DNA from: an uncultured Nitrospira sp.
GTDB lineage: Bacteria; Nitrospirota; Thermodesulfovibrionia; Thermodesulfovibrionales; UBA6898
Assembly: GCA_963746295.1 (NCBI GenBank)
Contig: CAVVAQ010000008.1
Span: forward strand, 42,882 to 106,881
DNA: 64,000 nt
Reading direction: 5' to 3'
Shown piece after piece: positions 1 through 10,309 of this stretch. How positions within the stretch are numbered: position 1 is the first letter of the stretch; every line of letters begins with the position of its first letter. The notes below the pieces were generated by a model. That model did not search any database. It worked only from the letters and a program-made list of their open reading frames with translations, and was not told where the DNA came from. Made by a program: the position numbers and the translations under genes.

Positions 1-16
1 CTCTGCAAATTTCGAT

Positions 17-1845
17 ATGTGCGGAATAATCGGATATATAGGCAACAGGAACGCTGTCAACGTTATTCTGGAAGGACTCAAACGCCTTGAATACAGGGGA
101 TACGACTCTGCGGGAATCGCTTTTTTCTCTGAAAAAGGTATTGATGTTATACGCTGCAAGGGCAAAATAAAAGATCTGGCCTGTCATCGTTGAGAACAAA
201 AAACCTGGTGAGCGGAGGAGGAATCGGACATACACGATGGGCGACCCACGGCAGGCCATCTGAAGAAAATGCGCATCCTCACCGTTCAGGCGGCATTGTC
301 GTTGTCCATAACGGTATCATCGAAAATTATCTGCAGCTGAAGAAGAAGTTGACTGACAAGGGATATGTGTTCGATTCGGATACTGACACGGAAGTGCTCT
401 GTCATCTGATCCGGGATTACACGGAAACCCTCCCGCTTGAAGATGCGGTCAGGGCTGCCCTGAAAGAGGTGAAAGGGGCCTATGCCATCGCTGTTGTAAA
501 CGAGAAAGAGCCGCAGAAGATTGTCGGAGTGCGGAAAGACAGTCCTCTTGTCGTAGGACTCGGTGACGGGGAATATTTTTTGGCATCTGATGTGCCTGCA
601 TTTTTGCATTACTCGAGGGAGGTCATGTTCCTTGACGAAGGCGAGATGGTGGTGATTACCAGTGATGGGGTTGCTGTTTCGGACCTTGACGGAACACCGG
701 TCCAGAAAGAGGTAACATCCGTAACCTGGAGTCCTTCAATGGCCGAAAAGGGAGGTTACCGTCACTTTATGCTCAAGGAGATATTTGAGCAGCCCCGTGC
801 TGTCAGCGATACCCTGAGGGGCAGATTTTCGATAGAGGATGGACGGGTGAATCTGGATGAGTTCGGCCTGTCGTCGGCTTTTCTGAAGGATATAAAAAAG
901 ATCTTTATCGTAGCATGCGGAACGTCATGGCATGCGGGCCTTGCAGGAAAATATATGATAGAAAGTCTCGCGCGGGTGCCGGTTGAGGTCGATGTCGCAT
1001 CGGAGTTCAGATACCGGAGGCCTCTGATAACCCCTGAGCATTTGATGGTGGTCATAACACAATCGGGTGAAACAGCCGATACGCTTGCGGCGCAGCGTGA
1101 GGCAAGGCGTCTCGGGGCAAAGACCCTCACGATATGCAATGTAGTGGGAAGTACTTCCGCGAGAGAGGCAAACGCGGTTTTTTATACGCATTCCGGTCCT
1201 GAAATAGGGGTCGCGTCCACAAAAGCGTTCCTTACCCAGATCATCTCCCTCTATCTGCTCGCGATAGCAATGGGACAGGTGAGAGGTACCTTGGGGACAG
1301 AGGAATCAAGAGAACTTCTGGGCGAACTTCTCCTGATGCCCGGCAAAATAGAAAAAACCCTGACAACCGAAGAATTTATCAAAACCATAGCAAAGGACTA
1401 CTTCAAGGCAAAGGGCTTTATTTACCTCGGCAGGGGGATCAACTACCCGATAGCGCTTGAGGGTGCCCTGAAGCTGAAGGAGATATCCTATATTCACGCT
1501 GAAGGGTATCCGGCGGGTGAGATGAAGCACGGACCGATCGCTCTTATCGATGAGGACCTGCCGGTAGTCATGCTTGCTCCGAAAGATTCCCTTTTTGAAA
1601 AAATGATGAGTAATGTCCAGGAGGTAAACAGCAGGGGAGGGAATGTCATAGCAATAACGAACGAAGGCACCGGAGAACTCTGCAATCTAGCGAAAAACTG
1701 TATTACCGTGCCTGATTCCAATCCATACCTGACGCCGATGCTTCTGTCGGTACCTCTTCAATTGCTTGCCTATCATATCGGCGTGTTGAGAGGATGTGAT
1801 GTCGATCAGCCGAGGAACCTTGCAAAAAGCGTTACGGTCGAGTAA
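17..1845 (+). CDS. glmS: Glutamine--fructose-6-phosphate aminotransferase; reading frame broken near 180-192 in this assembly
   Basis: ATG at 17 gives [36 protein letters not shown] (class-II amidotransferase N-terminus with Cys2) but meets TGA at 191. ORF 190..1845 continues in another frame with [11 protein letters not shown], two SIS-type domains and the typical C-terminus [13 protein letters not shown]. The TTG start at 190 is an artefact of the frame break. Confidence 0.9.
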
Positions 1846-1923
1846 TGACTCTGCCGTGCAAGCAGCAATGTAGATTTAAAATGCTAAAATCTGTTATTCT
1901 ACAGAACGGCCCGGAGTAAATCG

Positions 1924-4045
1924 ATGTCAAAAGAGAGTGTAATGCAAGATCTGAATCCCCAGCAAAGAGAAGCCCTTGAATATATGGATGGTCCGCTATT
2001 GGTTCTGGCTGGTGCGGGAAGCGGAAAAACAAAAGTCATTACCCATAAGTTCGCGTACCTGGTCAAATCCAAAAAACTTTCTCCCGAGTCGATCTTTACG
2101 GTGACCTTTACCAACAAGGCTGCCAGAGAAATGAGCGACAGGATCCGAACCCTTGTCGGCAAAGACCTGAAATCCTTCTGGATAGGGACCATGCATTCCC
2201 AGTGCAGCAGAATCCTGCGGAAGGAAATAAAGGCGATCGGCTACGGAAATGATTTTTCCATATACGACGAAGACGATCGCTGCAATCTCATACGACATAT
2301 TCTGAAAGAATTCAAGATATATGAGGCACTCTACAAAGGGGTTTCTTCAAGGATCAATTTTTTAAAGGCATCTCTGGTCGGCGCTGAGGATTTTCTTTCT
2401 TCAGGAGACGGATACGGCTTTGACGAGAAGCTTGCCAAAGTTTACGTCAGGTATCAGGACGAACTGAAGAGGAGCAATGCACTTGATTTCGATGACCTGA
2501 TCATGCTGACGGTTCGAAGCTTTTTGAGGAAAAACCGAATCTCCTGAAAAAATATCACGACCAGCTCCCCTATGTGCTGGTTGATGAATTCCAGGATCTG
2601 AATTATGCGCAATACAACCTCATAAAACTGCTCGCGATGCCAGCATAACAACATCTGCGCTGTCGGCGACGATGACCAGAGCATCTATAAGTTCAGGGGC
2701 GCTGATGTAAAACATATCCTGAACTTTGAGAAGGATTTCCCGGGAGCACGGGTGGTCAGACTCGAAAGAAATTATCGTTCCACGCAGAATATCCTTGAGG
2801 TTGCCAATGCAGTTATTGCGCTGAATGATAAAAGGAAGAAAAAGAAACTCTGGACAGAGCGAAAAGACGGGGAAATGGTCCGTTTCTGCTGGCTCGGCAC
2901 AGAGGAGGAAGAGGCGAAGCATATCGCAAAGATCATTAAGGAGTTATATCTGAAGGGGACGTATTCGTATAAGGATATCGGAATATTATACCGGGTAAAT
3001 CTCCAGTCGAGGGCAATTGAAGATGCGTTGAGAGAAGCAGGACTGCCCTATCACGTTGTCGGAGGGATCAGTTTTTACCAGCGGAGAGAGATCAAAGATC
3101 TTATCGCCTATGTCCGTCTGGTCCTCAAACCATGGAGATAATGTGAGCCTCAGGAGGATTATCAATATACCGTCACGGGGGATAGGGGCGGCCACCCTTT
3201 TGAAGATAGAAAATGAGGCAAAGAAAAAGTCGCTCTGTCTTTTTGATGCCATCAAGTTCTGCATAAAGAGCAATAGTATCGTGACTTCAACAAAAGATAA
3301 ATTGAGCAAATTCGTTCATATGACTCGAAAAGCTGTCTTCTGTAAACTATAAGAGCGCGTCCGATATACTGAAGAACGTGGCGGACAAGTCAGGATATAT
3401 GGCAATGCTCGATGAGGAACGGAGACAGAACATTGAAGAACTGATCTCGTCTTCCGAAGGGAAAAATATTCAGGACTTTATTGACAGAAGCCTCATTGCT
3501 GACGAATTCTGACCATGTCTCGGAAGGTAATTTTATTTCACTGATGACGTTGCATAATGCAAAAGGTGTTGAGTTTCCTGTTGTTTTTGTGACAGGCCTT
3601 GAAGAAGGGCTTCTCCCGTATTTCAAGGCGAACGGCAATGAAGACGAGATATTCGAGGAAAGAAGGCTTTTTTATGTAGGCATTACGCGGGCAAAAGATT
3701 TTCTTGTGCTTTCCGGTGCCCGAAAAAGAAGATTGTATGCGAAATTGCAGGAGCAGGAACCTTCAAGATTTTTGCAGGACATACCGAAGACACGCTGTAA
3801 ATGGACCGAGAAAGTCGCCGAGCCCCCGGCTACTCAGATGTCTTCCGAATGCCAGAAAAAAAACGGAACTGAGAAAGGTCCGTCCATATTTTGATTCAGG
3901 GTGCAGGGTGAAGCATCCTGTCTGGGGAGTGGGTGTTGTACGCGATTGTTACGGAGACGGAGAAGACCAGAAGGTGATGGTCAATTTTCCCACGATCGGG
4001 TTGAAAAGACTTTCCCTGAAGCTTGCAAACCTCACCAAATTATAG
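1924..4045 (+). CDS. uvrD: UvrD/PcrA/Rep-type ATP-dependent DNA helicase, split by at least 5-6 frameshifts
   Basis: Fragments 1924..2547 (Walker A AGAGSGKTKV, TFTNKAAREM), 2752..3141 (LERNYRSTQNIL, motif IV region), 3056..3352, 3481..3894 (LMTLHNAKGVEFPVVFV, YVGITRAK) and 3704..4045 (C-terminal KHPVWGVGVV tail) are colinear with one helicase. The missing pieces (DEFQDLN, VGDDDQSIYKFRGA) are readable in other frames around 2550-2750. Confidence 0.85.
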
Positions 4046-4057
4046 ACCTGCCGGCAG

Positions 4058-4338
4058 ATGAAAATATCGATTGAACATTTAGCACGGCTTGCCAGGTTGT
4101 CTGTTTCAGACAGCGAGAAAAATCTTTTTGCGAACCAGATAGACGGCATTTTGAATTATATGGATACGCTTAATGAGCTGGACACCTCGGCATGTTGAGC
4201 CTACGTCGCATGTCATCTCTCTGAGCAATGTCGTGCGTGAAGACCTGCTGAAGGATTCTCTTGACAGAGACGGATGCACTAAGGAACGCTCCCGACAGAA
4301 CAGACAAATTTTACCGTGTCCCAAAAATAATCGAATGA
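4058..4338 (+). CDS. gatC: Glu/Asp-tRNA amidotransferase subunit C, two apparent frameshifts
   Basis: ATG 4058 gives MKISIEHLARLARLSVSDSEKNLFANQIDGILNYMDTLNELDTS. It continues in other frames as VEPTSHVISLSNVVREDLLKDSLDRD and then ...NAPDRTDKFYRVPKIIE, with the stop at 4336-4338. This is the classic GatC sequence pattern. Confidence 0.8.
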
Positions 4339-4432
4339 GAAACGAGCGCGGAAATATGAACATCCCTGATTCAGGAATAGTGAGGTCTTTTCACATTTCA
4401 CGCGTCACGTTTTACTTTTTACAGGAGTCCTT

Positions 4433-4789
4433 ATGTTGCGCTGCATGTTGAGGGCCAAGATCCATATGGCTACGGTTACCGAGTCGAATATCGCCTATGA
4501 AGGAAGCATCACCATCGACGAAACCATTTTAAAAGATGCGGGCATGCTTCCCTATGAGCAGGTGATGATCAGCAATGTAAATAATGGAGAGCGGTTCGAG
4601 ACCTATATTATCCCCGGCAAAAAGAACTCCGGCAAGATATGCCTGAACGGCCCTACCGCTCGAAAAGGCGTTGTCGGTGACAGGGTCATCATTTTCTGCT
4701 ATAGCTATTTCACCGACACCGAGATGCAGGATTTCAGGCCGAAGATCGTCCACGTCAACGCAAGCAACCGGATCGTCAGAAAAAAATAG
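4433..4789 (+). CDS. panD: Aspartate 1-decarboxylase
   Basis: MLRCMLRAKIHMATVTESNIAYEGSITIDE contains the pyruvoyl self-processing G-S site. The 118-aa length is typical of PanD. Confidence 0.9.
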   Translation: MLRCMLRAKIHMATVTESNIAYEGSITIDETILKDAGMLPYEQVMISNVNNGERFETYIIPGKKNSGKICLNGPTARKGVVGDRVIIFCYSYFTDTEMQDFRPKIVHVNASNRIVRKK

Positions 4790-4996
4790 CGTCATCTCCC
4801 CGGGGCGGTCAGCCCTTCTGAAAATAAATTTTCCCGTATGCAAAGAAAGACTTCCTGCTCCATTGCACACCTGTGATATACTATTTAGCGTGCTGACATT
4901 AAAAAGAGTGATAAGGAAGCAGCAGGGGAGAGAACAAATACGGAATCCAGAGAAGCGCAGACAGGCATAAAATAAATTTTAACAGGGGGAGAGACA

Positions 4997-5191
4997 TTGG
5001 CAAGACCAGGGGCATTTAAGAGTGAAAAGAGAAAAAAGGAAATAATGAGGCTGAAAAAGCAGGAAATGAAAAGGCAGAGGCGCCTGGGAAAAGACGCAGC
5101 TCCGGAAGACATTCCCCCGGACACTCTGCCGCAGGAAGAAGTTTCCTCAGAAGAGGGAAAAGAGACAACAGACACAGAAATTAAAGAGTAA
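4997..5191 (+). CDS. Small charged hypothetical protein (Lys/Arg-rich N-terminal half, acidic C-terminal half)
   Basis: 64-aa ORF with a TTG start 5 nt after GGGGGAG. An extended -10-like TGATATACT lies at 4874-4882. No recognisable family. Confidence 0.35.
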   Translation: MARPGAFKSEKRKKEIMRLKKQEMKRQRRLGKDAAPEDIPPDTLPQEEVSSEEGKETTDTEIKE

Positions 5192-5402
5192 CAGCTCAGC
5201 CGCAGTAATGCTCGTGCAATCCGGCCTTTGCACTTTCTGTCCGGTTTTGGTGCAAGATTTTTTCACAGTACAACGTTTCCCCCAAGATTATTCCACTTCC
5301 TTGACAACCTATTTTTTTGTGATAGGATTTAGAGAGAGTAAGGATTTGATCCTTATGACTTTTCTGAAACACACAAAACACAATCTCAAAAGGAGCAGTG
5401 CT

Positions 5403-6035
5403 ATGGATGTTATCGGAGCGATAAAAGCGCGCCGTTCGATTAATTTTTTTGAGACAGGGAAAGAACTGCCTGATGAGAAGTTACGGGAGCTGCTCGAACT
5501 GGCAAATCTTGCTCCCTCATCGATGAACCTCCAGCCCTGGGAGGTCCTCGTGGTTCGCACCCCGGAAAGAAAGAAAGCACTAAGGAAGTGCGCCTTCGAT
5601 CAACCAAAGACTGAGGAAGCATCCGCTGTACTGATACTTATAGCGAATCCTGGAGCGATTGAAGAAAATATCGACCGGGTGCTTGACAGCTGGCAGAAAC
5701 TCGGGTTTATAAAGCCGGAGGCGAGAGATACCTATATCGGTATGGTTAAAACTCTTTACGATTCAGGGGAGAGTCTGAAGAGGACGTTTTTTGCAGTAAA
5801 AAATACCTCACTGTATGCCATGAGCATCATGATCGCGGCACAGGGACTCGGACTCGAAACACACCCTATGGACGGCTTTGACGAGGAGGCCATTAAAAAA
5901 GAGTTTCATATCCCCGCTAAAAAAATCATCCCGATGCTCATCGCCGTCGGTTATCTCAGGAGGGGGATCACATTGCTGCCGAGGGCCTTCAGACGGAACA
6001 GCAGTGAATTCGTGAAATTTGAGGATTATTCATAA
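5403..6035 (+). CDS. Nitroreductase family protein
   Basis: MDVIGAIKARRSINFFE...LANLAPSSMNLQPWEVLVV is the nitroreductase fold signature. I prefer ATG 5403 over the 5208 ORF start because the upstream extension is low-complexity and non-homologous. A TTGACA-N16-TAGGAT promoter-like site lies at 5301-5328. Confidence 0.8.
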   Translation: MDVIGAIKARRSINFFETGKELPDEKLRELLELANLAPSSMNLQPWEVLVVRTPERKKALRKCAFDQPKTEEASAVLILIANPGAIEENIDRVLDSWQKLGFIKPEARDTYIGMVKTLYDSGESLKRTFFAVKNTSLYAMSIMIAAQGLGLETHPMDGFDEEAIKKEFHIPAKKIIPMLIAVGYLRRGITLLPRAFRRNSSEFVKFEDYS

Positions 6036-6047
6036 AAGGAGCGTGAC

Positions 6048-6564
6048 ATGGAAAGAAAAGGTCTTGTTTCGTTTCAGGGCAAACCATTGACCCTGACAGG
6101 CACAGAGCTTAAGGCAGGCGACAGAGCGCCTGATTTCATGGTACTTGATAGTGAATTAAAAGAGACGGGATTAAAGCATTTCACCGGGAAGATAAAGATT
6201 ATCAGTGTAACCCCGTCCCTCGACACCCCTGTCTGCGACATTCAGGCAAGGAGGTTCAACGCAGAGGCAGCGAACCTGCCTGCTGATGTATCTATCCTTA
6301 ACATAAGCATGGACCTTCCCTTTGCCATCTCGCGGTTCTGTACAAGCGCGGGGATAGATAAGGTAAAGGCCTTATCAGACCACAGGGATGCGTCATTTGG
6401 AAATGCTTACGGAGTTTTGATTAAAGAACTGAGGTTGCTTGCCCGCTCGATTTTTATTATCGATAAGAATGATGTAGATCAGATATATTGAGATCGTCCC
6501 TGAAATTACGAACCAGCCGGACTATGAAAAGGCTCTTATCGAATTACGGCAGATTGTCGGGTAA
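6048..6564 (+). CDS. tpx: Thiol peroxidase (Tpx-type peroxiredoxin), frameshift near 6475-6490
   Basis: The sequence reads GKPLTLTG..APDF..SVTPSLDTPVCDIQARRFN...ARSIFIIDKN. The conserved tail EIVPEITNQPDYEKALIELRQIVG continues in another frame to the stop at 6562-6564. Confidence 0.85.
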
Positions 6565-6636
6565 GCGTAGCGGATTAGCCGGTTAATCCATTCGCAATAA
6601 AGTGAAAACTACGGAAGAGACAAAAAGGAGGATACC

Positions 6637-7227
6637 ATGTCTTACACAGCAAAGGATTACAGCAAACTGATAGGCCTCGGCGGTTTCAGCGAGACCTTGC
6701 TGAAGAACCATTTTACCCTGTATCAGGGGTATGTAACGAATACGAACAAGATCAACGAGACCCTCGAACAGATGCTCAAGGACGGCAAGACAGGATCTCC
6801 GGAGTTTGCGGAATTGAAGAGAAGGTTCGGCTGGGAGTTTAACGGTATGAGACTGCATGAATACTATTTCGAAAATCTCGGAGGCAAGGCACCACTTGAT
6901 AAATACGGTCCTCTCGGCAAACAGATGCAGTGCGATTTCGGCAGCTATGAGATATGGGAAAAGGACTTCAGGGCTGTAGGAACGATGAGAGGGATCGGCT
7001 GGGTGGTGCTTTATCAGGACAATCTCAGCGGTAGGATTTTTAATGTCTGGATCAACGAACATGATGTCTCTCACCTCGCAGGATGCAATCCGATATTGAT
7101 CATGGATGTGTTTGAACACGCCTTTATGCTGGATTACGGACTTAAAAGGGCCGATTACATAGATGCATTTTTTAAAAATATTGACTGGAGTGCAGCTGAT
7201 TCCAGAATGGAAGTGATAAAAAAATAG
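6637..7227 (+). CDS. Fe/Mn superoxide dismutase family protein (divergent N-terminal domain)
   Basis: The C-terminal domain GWVVLYQD...PILIMDVFEHAFMLDYGLKRADYIDAFFKNIDW matches the SOD signature D-V-W-E-H-A-Y-Y. The N-terminal NHFTLYQGYV and NGMRLHEYYFENL sit at the metal-ligand positions. RBS AAGGAGG. Confidence 0.75.
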   Translation: MSYTAKDYSKLIGLGGFSETLLKNHFTLYQGYVTNTNKINETLEQMLKDGKTGSPEFAELKRRFGWEFNGMRLHEYYFENLGGKAPLDKYGPLGKQMQCDFGSYEIWEKDFRAVGTMRGIGWVVLYQDNLSGRIFNVWINEHDVSHLAGCNPILIMDVFEHAFMLDYGLKRADYIDAFFKNIDWSAADSRMEVIKK

Positions 7228-7267
7228 CAGGTTGATGTAAGGCTGTTTTTTTTATCTGATAAAAAAA

Positions 7268-7298
7268 GGCGGAAAGTATTGCTGCTTTCCGCCTTTTT
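7268..7298. terminator. Bidirectional intrinsic terminator between sod (+) and the peptide/rSAM unit (-)
   Basis: GGCGGAAAG-tattgctg-CTTTCCGCC is a 9-bp stem. It is flanked by A7 upstream and T5 downstream, so it gives a U-run on both strands. Confidence 0.7.
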
Positions 7299-7322
7299 CA
7301 TGGACTTGTTTATGCTGTTCTC

Positions 7323-7385
7323 TTAACAGGAACTCTTGCATTTGCAGGTAGTAGCAACCTTTTTTGAAACTTTCCTGATTGTCAT
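7323..7385 (-). CDS. Unannotated 20-aa Cys-rich peptide MTIRKVSKKVATTCKCKSSC (candidate RiPP precursor)
   Basis: Read by hand from the reverse complement. AAGGAGGT lies 8 nt before the ATG. The ORF starts 46 nt after the rSAM/SPASM stop codon and its TAA lies about 24 nt before the terminator hairpin. It is below the ORF-track size cut-off. Confidence 0.45.
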   Translation of the reverse strand: MTIRKVSKKVATTCKCKSSC

Positions 7386-7431
7386 TCGTGACACCTCCTT
7401 TTTCAGGGAATGACCGAACTTCTTGTTCAGT

Positions 7432-8601
7432 CTATCTGTTTTTTATTATATCATGCAGAAAACATTTGTAAAGGTCTTTTCCGAGAGGATCGCCGATCAG
7501 TTCAGCCCTGTATCTGCAGCCGCCCCTGCAGGTTTCCAGATATTCACAGTCACAGCGCAGGTCTTTCAGGGATACCGGCCTTGTTCTCTTCCAGCATTCC
7601 CTGAGACCTTCTTTGATCGTGCCGACAGGTCTGTCGGAGTAAAAGGTGCATTTTGTCACGGTACCGTCCGCCATTACCGATAAGCAGATGAAGACCGCAG
7701 CCGAAGCCTGTTCTCCCCGGAGTGAAGACCTGCTCCGTATCCATATCGTAAATACTTTCCTCCCACTTCGGGTAAGACCTGAAACTCACTGCTGTTTTTT
7801 AGTCTTCCCGTAACGCAGGGCACGTCTACGGTCCAGTCCCTGATCCCGAGTTCAGAAAACAGCTTTTCCATTCCACCGAAGTCATCGAGGTTTTTTGCGT
7901 GTACCATCGTTGCCACAGATACCTCGAACCCCTCTCTCTGGCAGTGTCTGACAGCCTTGACGGCCTTGTTGAATGTCCCGTCTCCCCTGAGAGCGTCATG
8001 GCCTTTTCGAGGCCGTCTATGCTTATCTGTATCTCATCGACATGAAGGCCTCTGAGCAAGTCTTTGTTGAGCAGCAGGCCGTTTGTAAAAAGTACTTTTC
8101 TGAAAAAGAAATCGGGAAGAATACTCATTGAGCGCATCGAAACTTGCTGTGCAACAGGGGTTCACCACCGGTGATCATGAGCCTCAAGCCCTGCATCTCC
8201 TCAAACTCAGTCAGGATGTTCCTTATCTGTTCTATGAGAGTTCACCAGTCTCCCTTTGCAGGGCACAGGGGGTTGTTTTTCTTGTCACCGATATAACAGT
8301 GTCTGCACCTGAGGTTGCATCTGTCGGTTATCTGTAGTTCGAGATAGCGGAGTGAAGGCACCGGAGATTTGATGAGGGGAGGCCGTTTTAAAGCAATACT
8401 TTCCTGCGTTAAAATCTTCTCCTCGTGACAGTAATTGATAAACTCCCTGTCACCACCACGACAGCCCTCTTCTGAAGCGCATTTTTTCATAAATTCGAAA
8501 GATACGTCATCAAGCTCATACAGTTCATCCGTTTTTCCATGATAGACTGCGGGGAATTCAAGCCACCTCAGGACAGCATTTTTCGACAGGAAATATCGCA
8601 T
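7432..8601 (-). CDS. Radical SAM / SPASM-domain enzyme with N-terminal RRE(PqqD)-like extension; several frameshifts
   Basis: 8242..8601 carries LELQITDRCNLRCRHCY (CX3CX2C). ITGGEPLL is readable in another frame near 8160. Fragments 7826..8137, 7674..7916 and 7550..7789 are colinear. 7432..7674 carries the SPASM cysteines (GTVTKC..., CDCEYLETCRGGC). Confidence 0.8.
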
Positions 8602-8643
8602 ATATCATTATACAATAATGCTTTTTTTTGATATGATTAAAGA

Positions 8644-9039
8644 ATGAAACCCAAAGCGTTAACGAACTTATGCCGAACCTATTGCCGGTATTATAAACCT
8701 GCACAGGAAGATGACCTCGCATGTATGGGTTTTCTTGTGACTGAAAAGCTGATTGCCCGGGGATTCCCGGTTTCTTCCCCTGATATTTCCGGACCTCAGG
8801 CAAAAACAGATAAAATCATTATGCCCAAAAATAAAACAGCCGGGCATCTCAGAGATCAGATCTGTAAGGTTTGCCCTTTTTCCGAAAACGATTGCGATTA
8901 TATCGATTCTCACCGCAGTGGTTTATCTGTTCCAATTGAGGGAAATCCCGCACCCTGTGGAGGCTTTATATTTTTGGGGCTGCTCATAGACAGGAAAGTT
9001 ATAGATATTAACGATATAAGTCAGGTAATCCAGGCGTAA
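8644..9039 (+). CDS. Cys-rich hypothetical protein (131 aa), divergent from the rSAM gene
   Basis: Motifs are NLCRTYCRYYKP, DDLACMGF, ICKVCPFSENDCDY and PAPCGGF. No signal peptide and no family I can name. A 42-bp AT-rich spacer shared with the rSAM start contains the small palindrome CATTAtacaaTAATG. Confidence 0.5.
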   Translation: MKPKALTNLCRTYCRYYKPAQEDDLACMGFLVTEKLIARGFPVSSPDISGPQAKTDKIIMPKNKTAGHLRDQICKVCPFSENDCDYIDSHRSGLSVPIEGNPAPCGGFIFLGLLIDRKVIDINDISQVIQA

Positions 9040-9071
9040 TTTGCCACACTATTTACCTATACGGAGGAAAG

Positions 9072-9548
9072 ATGGAGAACTATTCTATCAGCGAAGTCAT
9101 CGAACAGGCGGTACAGACAGAGAAACTCGGTTACCAGTTTTATACTGCTATGGCAGACAGGTTTAAAGAGGACGGTGAATTAAAAAAGCTCTTCGAGACC
9201 CTTGGGGCTAAAGAGCTTGTGCATGAAAAGAGGTTCTCGGAGCTAAAGGAAATAACCGGCGCTCCTGAGCCGGAAGGATGGGAAGAGGCGTCGCAATACC
9301 TCAGAGCCATCGTGGAATCAGAGTTTTTTCTTGGCAGGAACAAGGCGCTACCCGCCCTTTCGCATGTCAATACTGTTGAGCATGCCGTCGACTTTGCGAT
9401 GGGATTCGAGAAAGAGACGCTGCTTTATTTCCATACGATTCGTGATGTGGTAAGAGAAAAGGATGTAGTTGATGAGATCATCAACGAAGAAAAGAGCCAT
9501 CTCATGTGGTTGCATAAATTCAAGGGGAATCTTGTAAAGAAGGGTTGA
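9072..9548 (+). CDS. Ferritin-like / rubrerythrin-family di-iron protein (no rubredoxin domain)
   Basis: Two E-x-x-H motifs (ELVHEKRF, EEKSHLMW) in a four-helix-bundle-type sequence. RBS GGAGG. Confidence 0.75.
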   Translation: MENYSISEVIEQAVQTEKLGYQFYTAMADRFKEDGELKKLFETLGAKELVHEKRFSELKEITGAPEPEGWEEASQYLRAIVESEFFLGRNKALPALSHVNTVEHAVDFAMGFEKETLLYFHTIRDVVREKDVVDEIINEEKSHLMWLHKFKGNLVKKG

Positions 9549-9732
9549 ATCGAAAAATGCAGACATTGTTCTTAAATTTATTTAACTCGATGATTCTATT
9601 AGAATATCCTGGAGTGCCCCATAAATTGTGGTATGGCAGGCGATCTGTTCAGAATCTGCTAAGGTATCAAAAAATAAATTTCTTCTCAACATCTGCATTT
9701 TTCTTTATGCTTTTTGGAGAGTTGATAGGTCT

Positions 9733-10248
9733 ATGGATTATACGATCAAGATAGGCGGAGAGGCAGGGCAGGGAATCCAGACAATCGGTGATACCCTTGG
9801 GCTGGTCTTCTCGCGCTCGGGCTATCATGTGTTTACCCATCAGGATTATGAATCCCGTGTAAGAGGCGGCCATAATTTCTTTCAGGTGAGGTTTGCCGAC
9901 CACCCTGTTATGGCGTCAAGAGACACGGTGGATATTGTCATCGCCCTTGATCAGGAGAGCATACTGAATTACGAAAAAGAACTTTCTGACCATGGCCTGA
10001 TAATTTACGATTCCGGGTCATTGAAACAGAAACATGATAAACCCGGCTTCCTTGACGTCCCTTTTGCCCGGCTGGCAGTAGAGCACGGGGGAAGCGGAAT
10101 TATGGCAAATACGGTTGCAGTCGGTTCAGTTATAGGGATGCTCGGCATGGAACTGGATATACTCCTTGCAATACTGAAAGATACCTTCAGAAAGAAAGGT
10201 GAAGAGGTAGTGCAAAAGAATACCGCTGCAGCGATGGCAGGATCATGA
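9733..10248 (+). CDS. 2-oxoacid:ferredoxin oxidoreductase, gamma domain/subunit
   Basis: MDYTIKIGGEAGQGIQTIGDTLG...VFTHQDYESRVRGGHNFFQVRF is the gamma-subunit signature. The upstream part of ORF 9628.. is not homologous. Confidence 0.8.
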   Translation: MDYTIKIGGEAGQGIQTIGDTLGLVFSRSGYHVFTHQDYESRVRGGHNFFQVRFADHPVMASRDTVDIVIALDQESILNYEKELSDHGLIIYDSGSLKQKHDKPGFLDVPFARLAVEHGGSGIMANTVAVGSVIGMLGMELDILLAILKDTFRKKGEEVVQKNTAAAMAGS

Positions 10249-10309
10249 TTATTCGGTAAAGGAATGCACTCAATGCCGGTTTTCTGCTGCTCCGCCGGCG
10301 AAGCCAAAG

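Noticed and set aside
190-192. The TTG at 190 as the glmS start. Likewise the long N-terminal extensions of ORFs 5208, 9628, 12417, 25712, 26800, 40507, 42536 and 38000..40216.
   Set aside because: Family-typical N-termini, signal peptides, lipoboxes or RBSs occur at internal starts. For glmS the true N-terminus MCGIIGY lies upstream in another frame.
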